Source: a virus. From it: DNA of 64,000 nucleotides. The position numbers and the translations under genes were made by a program. Position 1 is the first letter of the stretch. Every line of letters starts with the position of its first letter. A model generated the notes under the pieces. It was not told where the DNA came from, did no database searches, and saw only the letters and a program-made list of their open reading frames with translations. Of this stretch, positions 54,445 through 64,000 are shown in pieces. The DNA lies in the IMG/VR virus record IMGVR_UViG_3300036860_000057, positions 1 to 64,000 of that record; one strand, given 5' to 3'.

Positions 54445-54741
54445 ATGGCTGCTAATACATATGTTATTGATAGTTCGTTTAAGTTGGAGGCTGAGTTTAC
54501 TAATGAGAGTGGAGTAGCTGATCCAACTACAGTGATATTCAAGATCAAGAAACCAGATGGAACAATCACTACTTATACTTATGGAGTAGATGCTGAAGTG
54601 ATTCGAGAAAGTCTGGGGGTGTATTATATGATCGTAACAGTAGATACCCCTGGCAACTGGTGGTATAAAATAATGGGAACAGAAGCATTGATAGCTGCCA
54701 CAGAAGGATCATTTGTAGGATTACAATCCAAATTCGATTAA
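54445..54741 (+). CDS. Small Ig-like structural protein
   Basis: DPTTV.F.I.KPDG...GVY......PG.W.Y. Confidence 0.6.
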   Translation: MAANTYVIDSSFKLEAEFTNESGVADPTTVIFKIKKPDGTITTYTYGVDAEVIRESLGVYYMIVTVDTPGNWWYKIMGTEALIAATEGSFVGLQSKFD

Positions 54742-54820
54742 ACAACAAGGCTCTGAAAAGAGCCTCTTGCTTTTATAGAAGAGAAGGTGTAAAATATTGT
54801 TAAAAGATTGAGAGAGTTAT

Positions 54821-55798
54821 ATGCAGTTAAAAGGCAGAATTTTTATTACAGGTGGTTCTGGATCACTTGGAACCGCCATTCTGGAACGTGCTGAAAGAGA
54901 AAAGTGGGATGCAGAGTTTACCATCTTAGCTCGTAATGAGACTAAGATGTCACAAACATTAAAGAGATTTCCTGGTGTAAGGGGTGAGATTGGTGACATT
55001 AGGGATTTGGCATGGTTGGGTACAATTTTCCCAGGACACGATCTAGTTATACACACTGCTGCTATTAAACAAGTACCTACAGCAGAGGTAAATGTCAGAG
55101 AAGCATTTCTGACAAATGTACAAGGGTCACAAAATGTGGCAATGGCGGCAGTAGAGTCTGGTGTTGGAAAAGTTATAGGAATTTCAACAGACAAAGCCTG
55201 CCAGCCCACAACCATTTATGGCTGTACAAAATATTTAATGGAAGGACTATTTAGAGAAGCCAATAAATGGGCTGACAATACTAGATTTAATTTGGTGCGA
55301 TATGGAAATGTACTAAGATCAAACGCCAGTGTAGTCCCCCTGTTTGAAAGACTCATCTCTGAAGACAAGCCATTTACTATAACTGATCTAAGGATGACAC
55401 GTTTCTGGCTTAGTATGAACGAAGCTATTGATTTGATTATTACGTCTGTATTGTGGCCTGATTGGGGAATTACTTTAGTTCCTAAGCCCCCAGCACTATC
55501 AATGATAGACTTAGCTCGCTATATGGATGGAAGTAGAAAAATTATTGAGGTTGGTATAAGACCAGGAGAAAAGGTACACGAACAACTGATAAATTCGAGT
55601 GAGTCATTACATACTATTGATACAGGAGATTTATTTGTGGTATTCCCTCCTACTGTAGAAGTTAATAGCAATCTTCCTCTTGGTTATGAATATGTGAGTA
55701 ATGATCCATCTTATTATTTAAGTAAAGAGAAATTATATAAAATGCTTGATGAATATAATCCATATGGTGGAAAACAATGGTTGCTGTCAGAAATTTAA
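54821..55798 (+). CDS. UDP-GlcNAc 4,6-dehydratase (PseB/CapD-like, Polysacc_synt_2)
   Basis: ITGGSGSLG, HTAAIKQVP, ISTDKA, YGCTK, RYGNV, MTRFW, GIRPGEKVHE. Confidence 0.92.
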   Translation: MQLKGRIFITGGSGSLGTAILERAEREKWDAEFTILARNETKMSQTLKRFPGVRGEIGDIRDLAWLGTIFPGHDLVIHTAAIKQVPTAEVNVREAFLTNVQGSQNVAMAAVESGVGKVIGISTDKACQPTTIYGCTKYLMEGLFREANKWADNTRFNLVRYGNVLRSNASVVPLFERLISEDKPFTITDLRMTRFWLSMNEAIDLIITSVLWPDWGITLVPKPPALSMIDLARYMDGSRKIIEVGIRPGEKVHEQLINSSESLHTIDTGDLFVVFPPTVEVNSNLPLGYEYVSNDPSYYLSKEKLYKMLDEYNPYGGKQWLLSEI

Positions 55799-56388
55799 TT
55801 GGGAAGAGAGGGAATCAAGTGTACTTCTCAGAAATCCTCAACTCAAGTAATCAGTATGCCTACACAGAAGAACTGGACTGGATTCGTGATTTTGCATCAG
55901 AAGTTGATATGAGTCCATCTGCACCAATCTACAATTATGTAATGTTAGGTGCTGGGCCTGGAGTGTTTGCTGTAGCACTTGCAGAAGGGAATAAACTTAT
56001 TCCAATTGAGATTGTTGATAACAATACAACTCACTGGGTTCAGCAACATCTAATGGCATTAAATTCATTCAATGAGATTCTTTATGTTATTAGTGATAGT
56101 GCTGTAAGGGGAAAGTCTTATCGTGGAAGACCTATAGACCTTCTAATTGTGGACGCCGCTCATGATGAAGTAAGTGTTACTAAGGATATTCAGGCATGGA
56201 CTCCTCACGTAAGAATAGGCGGTCATATATTTTTCCATGATTACCTAGAAAGAGAAGGTGGATTTAATGGACTAGGAAAATGGGAGCCTTATGGTGTTGC
56301 TCGTGCAGTATGGAAAAATCTAAATTTAGATTATTGGAAGTGGGTAGACGATGTAGGAATTAGTAGAATTTATAGAAAGGTCAAGTAG
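55777..56388 (+). CDS. Class I SAM methyltransferase (Methyltransf_24-like)
   Basis: LGAGPG, IDLLIVDAAH, GGHIFFHDY. Confidence 0.85.
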   Translation: MVAVRNLIGKRGNQVYFSEILNSSNQYAYTEELDWIRDFASEVDMSPSAPIYNYVMLGAGPGVFAVALAEGNKLIPIEIVDNNTTHWVQQHLMALNSFNEILYVISDSAVRGKSYRGRPIDLLIVDAAHDEVSVTKDIQAWTPHVRIGGHIFFHDYLEREGGFNGLGKWEPYGVARAVWKNLNLDYWKWVDDVGISRIYRKVK

Positions 56389-57077
56389 TGGAAGGATTTC
56401 CTCCTGTTTATATTTTATTAACTACCTATAAGCGTACTGACACAGCACTCAGAACTATTCGTAACATTAAAGAGAAACTAGTCTATCCTAACTACGGATG
56501 GTATATCTCAGATGATGGAAGTAGTGATGAGCATGTTGGTTCTGTGATGGAAGAGATAGGAACAGACTACCATCGCTATTTCTATAATTCTAACCGAAAA
56601 GGTGTTGGACACGGAATGAACTACTGCCTTCAACACTTGTGGAGCATGGGGATAGAACTGGTAGTTTCAATGGAAGATGACTGGGAACTCAACAACCCAC
56701 TTGATCTTGTTCCTTATGTAAAGACATTAATAGATCATCCTGAGAATGGTCTTATTCGTTTTGGATATTTGGCTGAAGGATTACTCGCTGAAAATGTGTT
56801 CCAAGAAGGACTGATGTATTGGAATCTAAAGAATAATGGATTTACCTATCGCTATGCTGGACATCCTCATTTGAAGCACAAGCGTTTTCATGACATATAT
56901 GGATACTATGATGAGGGTTGGCCTGCTGGGGTTACAGAGCTTTCTATGTGTGGGAAAACCAACTTGAAGCAAGAGGGACCAAATCTCCTTTATCCTGCTG
57001 ACTGCAAAGCCAATGGACTTTTCTCACATATTGGCACAGTGAGTCTAAAAGATATTAAACCGGGAGAATACGAATGA
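56388..57077 (+). CDS. Glycosyltransferase (GT-A/GT2)
   Basis: TTYKR, ISDDGS, EDDW. Confidence 0.85.
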   Translation: MEGFPPVYILLTTYKRTDTALRTIRNIKEKLVYPNYGWYISDDGSSDEHVGSVMEEIGTDYHRYFYNSNRKGVGHGMNYCLQHLWSMGIELVVSMEDDWELNNPLDLVPYVKTLIDHPENGLIRFGYLAEGLLAENVFQEGLMYWNLKNNGFTYRYAGHPHLKHKRFHDIYGYYDEGWPAGVTELSMCGKTNLKQEGPNLLYPADCKANGLFSHIGTVSLKDIKPGEYE

Positions 57078-57895
57078 TTCTTGTCCTAGGCCAAGGACTC
57101 TTAGGTTCGTGGATATGTGCTCGTTATCCTAAAGATACAATAGGATTATCTCACAGAGAGCTAGATGTAACAGACGAATTTTCTATTGAAAATGTTTTAT
57201 ATTATCACCATCCAGACGCGGTGATTAATGCTACGGGGATTGTGAAGAGTCGTACATCTGATGAAAAATTGATGAACTCAATTAATGGAGTAGCACCTAA
57301 TCATATTGCATCTGTGTGTGATGTTCTAGGAATTAGAATGATCCAAGCTTCCACTGATTGTGTATTTAGTGGAAACAGAGGAAACTATACTGAAGTAGAT
57401 GCTCCTGATTGTACAGATATTTATGGACAATCTAAGTTAAAAGGTGAAGTAACTAACTCACCACACCTTACTGTGAGAACATCTTTCATAGGCTGGCCTG
57501 ATACAAGTGGCAGAGGATTGTTAGCGAATTTTATACTAAGTCCAAAAACTAATTATCCAGGCTACAGGAACTCCTATTGGAATGGGTTTACTGTGCCTGT
57601 GCTGGCGGATTATTTGATTGAACTAGCATATGGTAGACAAACGGGATTGATGCACTTGTATGGACAGAAAGTATCTAAATATGAGGTACTGAATGCGTTC
57701 TACAGAGAATTTGAACTTTATAAACTAGGTTACAGAATTATTCCCACAAATTTAGAGAAAGGCTATGATCGATCACTGTCATCTGTTCGACACGATCATC
57801 CTATTATTGTAGGTGGAACTAATCTTGAAGAAGGGATGGGGTTAATGAAATCATGGGAGAAGAAATACCAGGAGTATCTGTCGTTGTTCCTGTAG
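57074..57895 (+). CDS. rmlD: dTDP-4-dehydrorhamnose reductase-like SDR
   Basis: G.GLLG, LDVTD, STDCVFSG, YGQSKLKGE, RTS. Confidence 0.88.
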   Translation: MILVLGQGLLGSWICARYPKDTIGLSHRELDVTDEFSIENVLYYHHPDAVINATGIVKSRTSDEKLMNSINGVAPNHIASVCDVLGIRMIQASTDCVFSGNRGNYTEVDAPDCTDIYGQSKLKGEVTNSPHLTVRTSFIGWPDTSGRGLLANFILSPKTNYPGYRNSYWNGFTVPVLADYLIELAYGRQTGLMHLYGQKVSKYEVLNAFYREFELYKLGYRIIPTNLEKGYDRSLSSVRHDHPIIVGGTNLEEGMGLMKSWEKKYQEYLSLFL

Positions 57896-58554
57896 GACCA
57901 CAGAAAGAATATCTTAATTATCTAAAAGAATGTGTTTATAGTATATCTGACCAAATGTTTCCACAAGATGAAATTGTTCTTGTTGATGATATGGCTAACC
58001 TTAATGAACATGTAGATATGTGGAGTGCTAGGTCAAAAGGGACAATTAGATATACTAGGAACGACTGGCTCCTAGGATGCGCGGATAGTTGGAATCGTGG
58101 TGTGGCACTTGCTAAGAATGATTTAGTATTGTTGATGGGAAGTGATGATGTTCTGCTCCCCGACGCTTTAGATGCACTGAGAGAAGCATATGTAGAGAAT
58201 AATGGCAACGCAGCATGGTATAATCTGACTATCCAAATAGATGAAGGACCAGATACAGGCACTCATACTGTGTTCAATAATGCAGCAGCAGTGACCAAAG
58301 AACTATGGAAACTAACAGGTGGGTTTCCTCCCAGTGCTTTTGCTGCTCCAGATGCACTATTGATTTCTATTATGATGGTGCATATGTCTGATAGACTAAT
58401 TCAAGTGAAGGAAGGAGCACCTCTGTATTGGTGTAGAGTGCATGATGCACAGGACACACAGAGAATGGCAGGCCCTTTCAATTGGGAAGTTATTCAAATT
58501 AGAAATGTAGAAACTGCCAGATGGAAGGAACCAACATGGACTGGCCTAACGTAG
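57853..58554 (+). CDS. Glycosyltransferase (GT2)
   Basis: VSVVVPV, IVLVDD, N.G...A, GSDD. Confidence 0.85.
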   Translation: MGEEIPGVSVVVPVGPQKEYLNYLKECVYSISDQMFPQDEIVLVDDMANLNEHVDMWSARSKGTIRYTRNDWLLGCADSWNRGVALAKNDLVLLMGSDDVLLPDALDALREAYVENNGNAAWYNLTIQIDEGPDTGTHTVFNNAAAVTKELWKLTGGFPPSAFAAPDALLISIMMVHMSDRLIQVKEGAPLYWCRVHDAQDTQRMAGPFNWEVIQIRNVETARWKEPTWTGLT

Positions 58555-59258
58555 TGGTGATCATGACAACCTATTTTCCAGATGGAGAAGAGGGCAAACA
58601 GCGTTTACTTCATGCAACAATTCCCACATTTAACTCTTGGGAAGCGCACTTAAAATATTCAGCATATCCCGGAGGTGAAGGGATTCACGTGGTACAGGCT
58701 GATGATGGCACTAGTAAAGAAAACTATGTGACCTTTGGGTGGTTTAGAGGATATTTATGTACAAGCACTCTTCAAAAAAGAAAAGGTGTGGGCGCATCAT
58801 TAAATTCTGGATTTAGGCGTGCTTATGAAGTATTTGGTCCAGATACAATCGTCCTTTATGCAGTCGATGACTGGGCACTAACACAAGATTTTGACATCTC
58901 TCCTTGGGTGCAGTTATTACTTGAGCGAGAAGAAGTAGGAATGGTACGTCTAGGGCCTCCCCATCCCAATACATCTGGTGTTGTACAAGCATATACTGAG
59001 AATTGGCAAGGATGGGGGCTACATTTATATAGAACAGATTATGCTTTTGGACATCGACCAGCACTTTACCATAAACGTATGATTGACTACTATGGATGGT
59101 TTAAGGAAGATTGCAGTGCTTTGGAGTGTGAGAAAGATTATTCTGACAGATTTGTTGAGAAGGCTTTAGGACCAAATATTGTTCTGGCACTTCCTCATCC
59201 TTGGCAACATCTCGAAAGCATTGAGCTAGCATACATTGATCCCAAAGATGAAAACTAA
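58536..59258 (+). CDS. Glycosyltransferase (GT-A/GT2), paralog of 56388-57077
   Basis: TTY, ADDGT, RKGVG..LN, VDDW.L, L.H......YG.F.E. Confidence 0.8.
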   Translation: MDWPNVVVIMTTYFPDGEEGKQRLLHATIPTFNSWEAHLKYSAYPGGEGIHVVQADDGTSKENYVTFGWFRGYLCTSTLQKRKGVGASLNSGFRRAYEVFGPDTIVLYAVDDWALTQDFDISPWVQLLLEREEVGMVRLGPPHPNTSGVVQAYTENWQGWGLHLYRTDYAFGHRPALYHKRMIDYYGWFKEDCSALECEKDYSDRFVEKALGPNIVLALPHPWQHLESIELAYIDPKDEN

Positions 59259-59342
59259 AATTACTTTATTATGTGTTCTATTGACAGTTGCAGCATTGTT
59301 TGTTAAGATATATAGACCTCGTGTATATTTGGAGTTGGGATA

Positions 59343-60032
59343 GTGACACTTAGATTAAAATGGCCTGTAGACAGCAGCATCATCACACAACCTTTTGGAG
59401 CCAACCCACAGTATTATGGCCCACTACTAGGGAAGCTGGGCTGTGGGCATGAAGGAATTGATTTTCGTGCTGGACTTGGTGCGAATGTGTATGCTTGCGC
59501 TGATGGAGAGGTGTATGCAGTTTATTATGGTGGGGCATATGGCAACCAAGTCAGACTGTTACACACAGATGGCTATAGAACTATTTATGCACATCTTCAA
59601 CAGTCTAAGGTTAGAATTGGGGATAGGGTTTTAGCAGGGCAACTGATTGGCTTAGCTGATTCTACAGGCAACTCTACTGGAAGTCATTTGCACGTAACAT
59701 TGAAGAAAGATGGAGCTACTCTCAGAGGAGAGACTAAATATCCTAATGATATTATTGATATTACTCCATTCCTAACATTTCCTTTAGCAAATCTGCCTGC
59801 TATTATTCCTCCTGCTACAATGAGGTTGAGAACTAAAGCTAATTTGAATCTTCGAGCAGGCCCAGGGCTAAGCTATCAGATTCTAGCACTATTGAAGTTC
59901 ACTGCTGTTATAGAGTGCCTCGATCCTGTAGAGACAACTAGAGAGAAAATTGGCAGAGCTACTCAATGGATACATGTAAGACTTGGGATGTTGTCTGGAT
60001 GGGTGAATGCGTTATATGTTGAAGAAATCTAG
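59343..60032 (+). CDS. M23 peptidase plus SH3b (endolysin/cell-wall peptidase)
   Basis: HEGID, YAHL, STGSHLH; LNLRAGPG...GWV; own promoter TTGACA-17 bp-TAAGAT at 59281. Confidence 0.9.
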   Translation: MTLRLKWPVDSSIITQPFGANPQYYGPLLGKLGCGHEGIDFRAGLGANVYACADGEVYAVYYGGAYGNQVRLLHTDGYRTIYAHLQQSKVRIGDRVLAGQLIGLADSTGNSTGSHLHVTLKKDGATLRGETKYPNDIIDITPFLTFPLANLPAIIPPATMRLRTKANLNLRAGPGLSYQILALLKFTAVIECLDPVETTREKIGRATQWIHVRLGMLSGWVNALYVEEI

Positions 60033-60285
60033 TTTAGGCAGCCCACGCACATATATTATATTTTCTCATAGTGAGACTCCAGGGACTTATTATGAAGAGA
60101 TAAGCGGTTTAGAATCTAAATTTAAGTTCTTCTGCCCAGTATGTGGATTATATTGGTACACTGATTCTTATCTCCCTATGATGGGAGATGAAATACCTCA
60201 TGAAATTCCATTTATCTGTCACTATGGAAGAAATGGCTGTGGGTTTAGAAACTTGATTGTGTTCGTAAGACCAGAAAGGATATAA
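60007..60285 (+). CDS. Small Cys-rich hypothetical protein
   Basis: CPVCG...CH...CG. Confidence 0.55.
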   Translation: MRYMLKKSSLGSPRTYIIFSHSETPGTYYEEISGLESKFKFFCPVCGLYWYTDSYLPMMGDEIPHEIPFICHYGRNGCGFRNLIVFVRPERI

Positions 60286-60286
60286 A

Positions 60287-60538
60287 ATGGAGTTTGAAAT
60301 TTACTTGCCTCCTGCCTGTGCCTGTTGTGATGACAGAGGGGAAGAATATCTCTATGATAAACAACGAGGAATGGATGAAGTAATAGTCTGTCACATATGT
60401 AAAGGAAAGATTCTAGAAGTACAAAGACAAACAAATCAAAGTTGGATGCGTTGTATAGAAGCACTGAGAAATGGTGAATTAAGTGTAGCACAGGCTGTTA
60501 AATGGTTAGATAATCAATATTCAAAAAGGAGAAAATAA
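60287..60538 (+). CDS. Small Zn-finger hypothetical protein
   Basis: CACCDDRG...CHICKG. Confidence 0.6.
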   Translation: MEFEIYLPPACACCDDRGEEYLYDKQRGMDEVIVCHICKGKILEVQRQTNQSWMRCIEALRNGELSVAQAVKWLDNQYSKRRK

Positions 60539-60539
60539 A

Positions 60540-60794
60540 ATGTCAGTAGTAGCGAAGTTCAAGTTGAATAGTTATGAGACTTTTGTTCAAATTAAATATC
60601 CTAATGGAAATCCAGAAGAAGTTCGTAATATGAAGCTTTCAGTTGTTACATCTGGGAGTGAAGAAAATAAGAAGTTCTTTGCTTCAACTCCTTCAGGAAA
60701 TATTCAGCTATCCACTGTTAGTCCTGAAGTCTGGGAAGAGTTCGAGTTGAATGAAGAATACTATGTCACATTTACTAAGGTTGATAAAGAGTAA
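60540..60794 (+). CDS. Phage hypothetical protein
   Basis: V.AKF...EEN..FF..TPSG.I.L...F....EYYV.F; AAGGAG RBS. Confidence 0.7.
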   Translation: MSVVAKFKLNSYETFVQIKYPNGNPEEVRNMKLSVVTSGSEENKKFFASTPSGNIQLSTVSPEVWEEFELNEEYYVTFTKVDKE

Positions 60795-60836
60795 ATTCTT
60801 ACTTATGGTAATCCCGGTAGTAGAAAGTAAAGAGAG

Positions 60837-61073
60837 ATGAGCAGAGTGTATATTCCATGTCAACATAGCGAATATAGAGTTCTAAGAGATAAGAATAGAT
60901 TCGATCCTGATGATGCTTTTATCATACTTGATCCAGAAGAAAAAGAAGAGACAAGAATAGTTGTGTTATGTAGAGCATGTTATGACTCTTTATCTTATAG
61001 TGTGCTAACTAGATTTAATAGAGATAGTCAGAAAACACAGCCCTATACAACAGTAAATAAAGTTGGAAAGTAA
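60837..61073 (+). CDS. Hypothetical protein
   Basis: ORF with CxH/CxxC. Confidence 0.55.
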   Translation: MSRVYIPCQHSEYRVLRDKNRFDPDDAFIILDPEEKEETRIVVLCRACYDSLSYSVLTRFNRDSQKTQPYTTVNKVGK

Positions 61074-61079
61074 ATATAA

Positions 61080-61388
61080 ATGAAACTTGTTAAGAACCCA
61101 GAAAAGACTCAGCGCTGTTTCTTTACAGTAAAAGAGAGTGATACAGGAACAGGTCATTATTGGGAAGGCTGGTGTGAGGGAGATAAAGATTCAGATCGAT
61201 TTGAGGATAATAAGCCTTTAGAACTTCTTCCAGAAAATTTTATTGGATCATCCATCATAGAAGTAGTACCAACTTGTCCTGATTGTGGACTTGGTGTGAT
61301 TTACAGAGATGGTGGGTGGTACTGTGAAGACTGCCTAGTTGTTGATCTTCACACATGGGAAGATGAAGGAGGAAGTAGTGGACTATAA
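61080..61388 (+). CDS. Hypothetical Zn-ribbon protein
   Basis: CPDCG...CEDC. Confidence 0.6.
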   Translation: MKLVKNPEKTQRCFFTVKESDTGTGHYWEGWCEGDKDSDRFEDNKPLELLPENFIGSSIIEVVPTCPDCGLGVIYRDGGWYCEDCLVVDLHTWEDEGGSSGL

Positions 61389-61617
61389 ATTATATCCTAA
61401 AGACGACGCATTACATAATGGGACATGGAATCTATATGAGCACGATGGACTATTTAGTGTTATGTTCAAGGACACATTCGGTCATATCGGATCACTAACA
61501 GATCATCAGATTTCAGAGGATGGTATTGTGAGTCCTTCAGTAGTATGTCCTAAAGATGGGTGCTCTTATCACGAGCACATACGCCTTGAGGGGTGGGTCC
61601 CTGTAAATAGGGGTTGA
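61378..61617 (+). CDS. Hypothetical protein (DUF6527-like)
   Basis: GGAGG RBS before GTG; G.VSPSVVC...C.YH. Confidence 0.55.
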   Translation: MDYKLYPKDDALHNGTWNLYEHDGLFSVMFKDTFGHIGSLTDHQISEDGIVSPSVVCPKDGCSYHEHIRLEGWVPVNRG

Positions 61618-61618
61618 T

Positions 61619-61861
61619 ATGATTAGTGAAATTGAATTTGATAAGACATGGAGTGATTACGATCCTTTCTCCGATCATGATCATGGAAATGACATGTGTG
61701 CTGGTTGCTTTACGTATACTGTAACTTGTCATCACTGTCATATGGGACTAATGCACAGTAATTTCATAAGTGTTGATGATGAACAGATGATTGAGTTTTT
61801 GTGTGATCAGTGTGGAAAATATTTTGTAGATAACTACCAGCAGAAAAGGTATGTTGCTTGA
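61619..61861 (+). CDS. Small Cys/His-rich protein
   Basis: CAGC, CHHC, CDQCG. Confidence 0.55.
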   Translation: MISEIEFDKTWSDYDPFSDHDHGNDMCAGCFTYTVTCHHCHMGLMHSNFISVDDEQMIEFLCDQCGKYFVDNYQQKRYVA

Positions 61862-64000
61862 GAATCAAGATTTGGCCCGAAATAAATCCTGTAGATCATG
61901 GTGAAGGGGGAATACGTCGAGTCATTGAGGCTCAGTATAAATATCTTCCAGAACTTGGTATAGAAATTGTAGAGGACATTCACAAGGCTGATCTGGTGAA
62001 TGTCCATGCTGATTCACTTAAGACTGATCTTCCCATTGCAGCATCCTCACATGGATTATATTGGGCTGGATATGACTGGGATAACTGGTGTTACGAAGCC
62101 AATGCTAAACTCATCAATGTAATGAAGAGGGCTGCTGCTACATCTGCCCCTTCCAAGTGGGTAGCACATTCATTTCAACGAGGGATGTTACTTGATCCGT
62201 TCGTTCTTTATCATGGTGTAGACATAGATGAGTGGCAACCTAAAAAGAATCTAGGCTATGTGTTATGGGCTAAGAACAGAACAGACGCTATCTGTACACC
62301 AGAGCCATTGAATACACTGGCGATGCTTGCTCCAAGTGTTCCATTCCTAACTACCTTTGGTGTGCCAAGTGATAATGTAAAAGTATTAGGAGCAGTAAAT
62401 CATGAACAATCTAAGACTCTTATTCAGAACGCTGGAATCTATCTGGCAACCGTTTTGGAAACGGGTGGGATTACTTGCTTGGAAGCTATGGCTTCTGGTG
62501 TGCCATGTTTGGGATTTAATTGGGGAGCTAATTCGGAAATTATTGTCCACCAAGAAACAGGCTATTTGGTGGAGCCGGGTGACTACAACGGATTACTTGA
62601 AGGACTCCAATACTGTCTCGATCACAGAGATAGACTGGGCAGCGCAGCAAGAGAGCACATCATGGGAAATTATACTTGGGAAAGACGGATCAGAGATTAT
62701 ATACCTTTCTATGAACGGTCTTTACGAGTTGGGCAATCTGGAAAAACTGGGAAAGTAAGCGTCATCATCACAGCTTACAACTTGGAAGAATATCTTGCCA
62801 GTTCCATTGAGTCTGTGCTGAATCAGTCCTATAAAGACTTCGAATTAATCATTGTAGATGACAACTCACCAGATAATTGTGGGAGAATAGCAGACGAGTA
62901 TGCCACAAAAGATTCCCGAATTAAAGTTATCCATAATCCCTATAATGCCTATCTTGCAGAAGCTAGGAATATCGGTATATCACATTCAAATGGAGAGTAT
63001 ATTCTTCCGCTTGATGCTGATGATCGTCTTGCACCAGACAGCTTACTTAATATGGTTGGAGCACTGGAGAAAAACAAGAACATTGACACTTCGACTGGAA
63101 GCATGGAACTAGTTGAGCCAGATGGCAGAAGATGGACTTCTGGTTGGCCTACTGAGACTCCTTCCTATGATGGTCAGATCAAAAGTATGAACCAAGTTCC
63201 CTATGCCTCGATGTATCGCAGATGGGTATGGGAACGTACTGGTGGTTATCGTAGGAGAATGAAATCTGCTGAAGATGCAGAGTTTTGGACTAGGGCTTAT
63301 TCCTATGGCGCTGTACCAGCTAAAGTAACTGATAAGCCTACATTAATATATAGTAGTCGTCCTGAGTCCATGTCACATAAAATTCCTACACCTGATTACA
63401 ATAGGTGGTACACCTGGAGGAAATATCCTGAGTTCACTCCATTTGGCTGCTCAGGTACTCCTCCTTTCAATCGTCCTGCATGGCCCGTACAGATGTATGG
63501 TCCACCTAAGATTTCTGTGGTAATTCCTGTAGGGCCTGGACATGCAGATAAACTGCAAAATGCATTAGATAGTTTAGTTGCCCAAACTTACCAAGATTGG
63601 CGCTGTGTGATTGTGAATGATACGGGACAGAAGTGGATTGAAGGAGGGAAGTTAATTAACAGGCATTTGAAAGGCTGCCCCTTTGCAGAGATTGTAGATA
63701 GTGATGGAAGTAAACCAAGAGGCCCAGCTTGGTCAAGAAATAGAGGTATTGAAAAAGTTACTACCAAGTACATTTCATTTTTGGATGCTGATGATTGGTT
63801 TCAGCCATTAGCATTAGATGTTCTTTACAAGACTGTTAAAGAATTTGGAGGATATGCTTACGGAGATTTCTTTGATCACGAAGGAAACTATAAAGAGTCA
63901 TCAGACTGGGATTGTGACTCCCTCAAAGAAAAAATGCTAGGACCAGTTGTGTCTGGACTTTTTCTTACTTCTGATGTAAAATTAGTTAAAGGATTTGATG
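61858..64000 (+). CDS. Multidomain glycosyltransferase GT4-GT2-GT2, truncated by the window end
   Basis: Not in the track (no stop). TTG start, MRIKIWP...GEGGI; ETGGITCLEAMASGVP (GT4 Ex7E); KVSVIITAYN...IIVDDNS...PLDADD; KISVVIPV...VIVND...FLDADD. Confidence 0.9.
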   Translation, partial: MRIKIWPEINPVDHGEGGIRRVIEAQYKYLPELGIEIVEDIHKADLVNVHADSLKTDLPIAASSHGLYWAGYDWDNWCYEANAKLINVMKRAAATSAPSKWVAHSFQRGMLLDPFVLYHGVDIDEWQPKKNLGYVLWAKNRTDAICTPEPLNTLAMLAPSVPFLTTFGVPSDNVKVLGAVNHEQSKTLIQNAGIYLATVLETGGITCLEAMASGVPCLGFNWGANSEIIVHQETGYLVEPGDYNGLLEGLQYCLDHRDRLGSAAREHIMGNYTWERRIRDYIPFYERSLRVGQSGKTGKVSVIITAYNLEEYLASSIESVLNQSYKDFELIIVDDNSPDNCGRIADEYATKDSRIKVIHNPYNAYLAEARNIGISHSNGEYILPLDADDRLAPDSLLNMVGALEKNKNIDTSTGSMELVEPDGRRWTSGWPTETPSYDGQIKSMNQVPYASMYRRWVWERTGGYRRRMKSAEDAEFWTRAYSYGAVPAKVTDKPTLIYSSRPESMSHKIPTPDYNRWYTWRKYPEFTPFGCSGTPPFNRPAWPVQMYGPPKISVVIPVGPGHADKLQNALDSLVAQTYQDWRCVIVNDTGQKWIEGGKLINRHLKGCPFAEIVDSDGSKPRGPAWSRNRGIEKVTTKYISFLDADDWFQPLALDVLYKTVKEFGGYAYGDFFDHEGNYKESSDWDCDSLKEKMLGPVVSGLFLTSDVKLVKGFD

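Noticed and set aside
1139-59064. Numerous short antisense ORFs inside long genes (e.g. 5336-5620, 10490-10870, 46695-46970, 53371-53781)
   Set aside because: Shadow ORFs opposite well-supported genes, with no motifs
62402-63112. Track ORFs 62402-62758 and 62900-63112
   Set aside because: Off-frame shadows of the long glycosyltransferase gene starting at 61858
1-64000. Stop-codon reassignment
   Set aside because: Genes are full length in the standard code with TAA, TAG and TGA all used as stops; no suppressor tRNA

Overview
This window is 64 kb of an AT-rich tailed dsDNA bacteriophage genome. A Chloroflexota/Anaerolineae-type host is inferred from Pro/Thr-linker lipoproteins and GH/M23+SH3b proteins. 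Layout: (1) leftward replication operon, 1-12041 (adenine MTase, short clamp-like protein, family-A DNA polymerase, DnaB helicase, SLOG/YspA, primase-like protein, HNH); (2) leftward ~1 kb non-coding RNA operon, 12130-13113 (tRNA-Arg, an anticodon-less tRNA mimic, three larger structured RNAs); (3) leftward exported/cell-wall proteins, 13153-17243; (4) rightward block with a beta-class MTase and a nuclease-like gene, 17579-22283; (5) leftward 'early' cassette, 22337-32128 (DUF932, DnaN, many small ORFs) punctuated by structured RNAs, including two type II hammerhead ribozymes and a tmRNA tRNA-like-domain mimic; (6) rightward small ORFs, phosphoesterase and head module (TerS, TerL, portal fused to a 2H phosphoesterase, protease/scaffold, major capsid); (7) a second tRNA/ncRNA operon, 49112-50400; (8) structural genes, a glycosylation cluster, an M23 lysin and a GT4-GT2-GT2 fusion running off the right edge. 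The most unusual signal is an RNA-level punctuation/decoy toolkit: six anticodon-less tRNA mimics (one a TLD-only tmRNA mimic with G3-U70), an ORF clamped by a 13-bp stem between two mimics, twin hammerheads, and several RNAs I cannot assign to a family. All calls were made by eye; no searches or folding programs were run.
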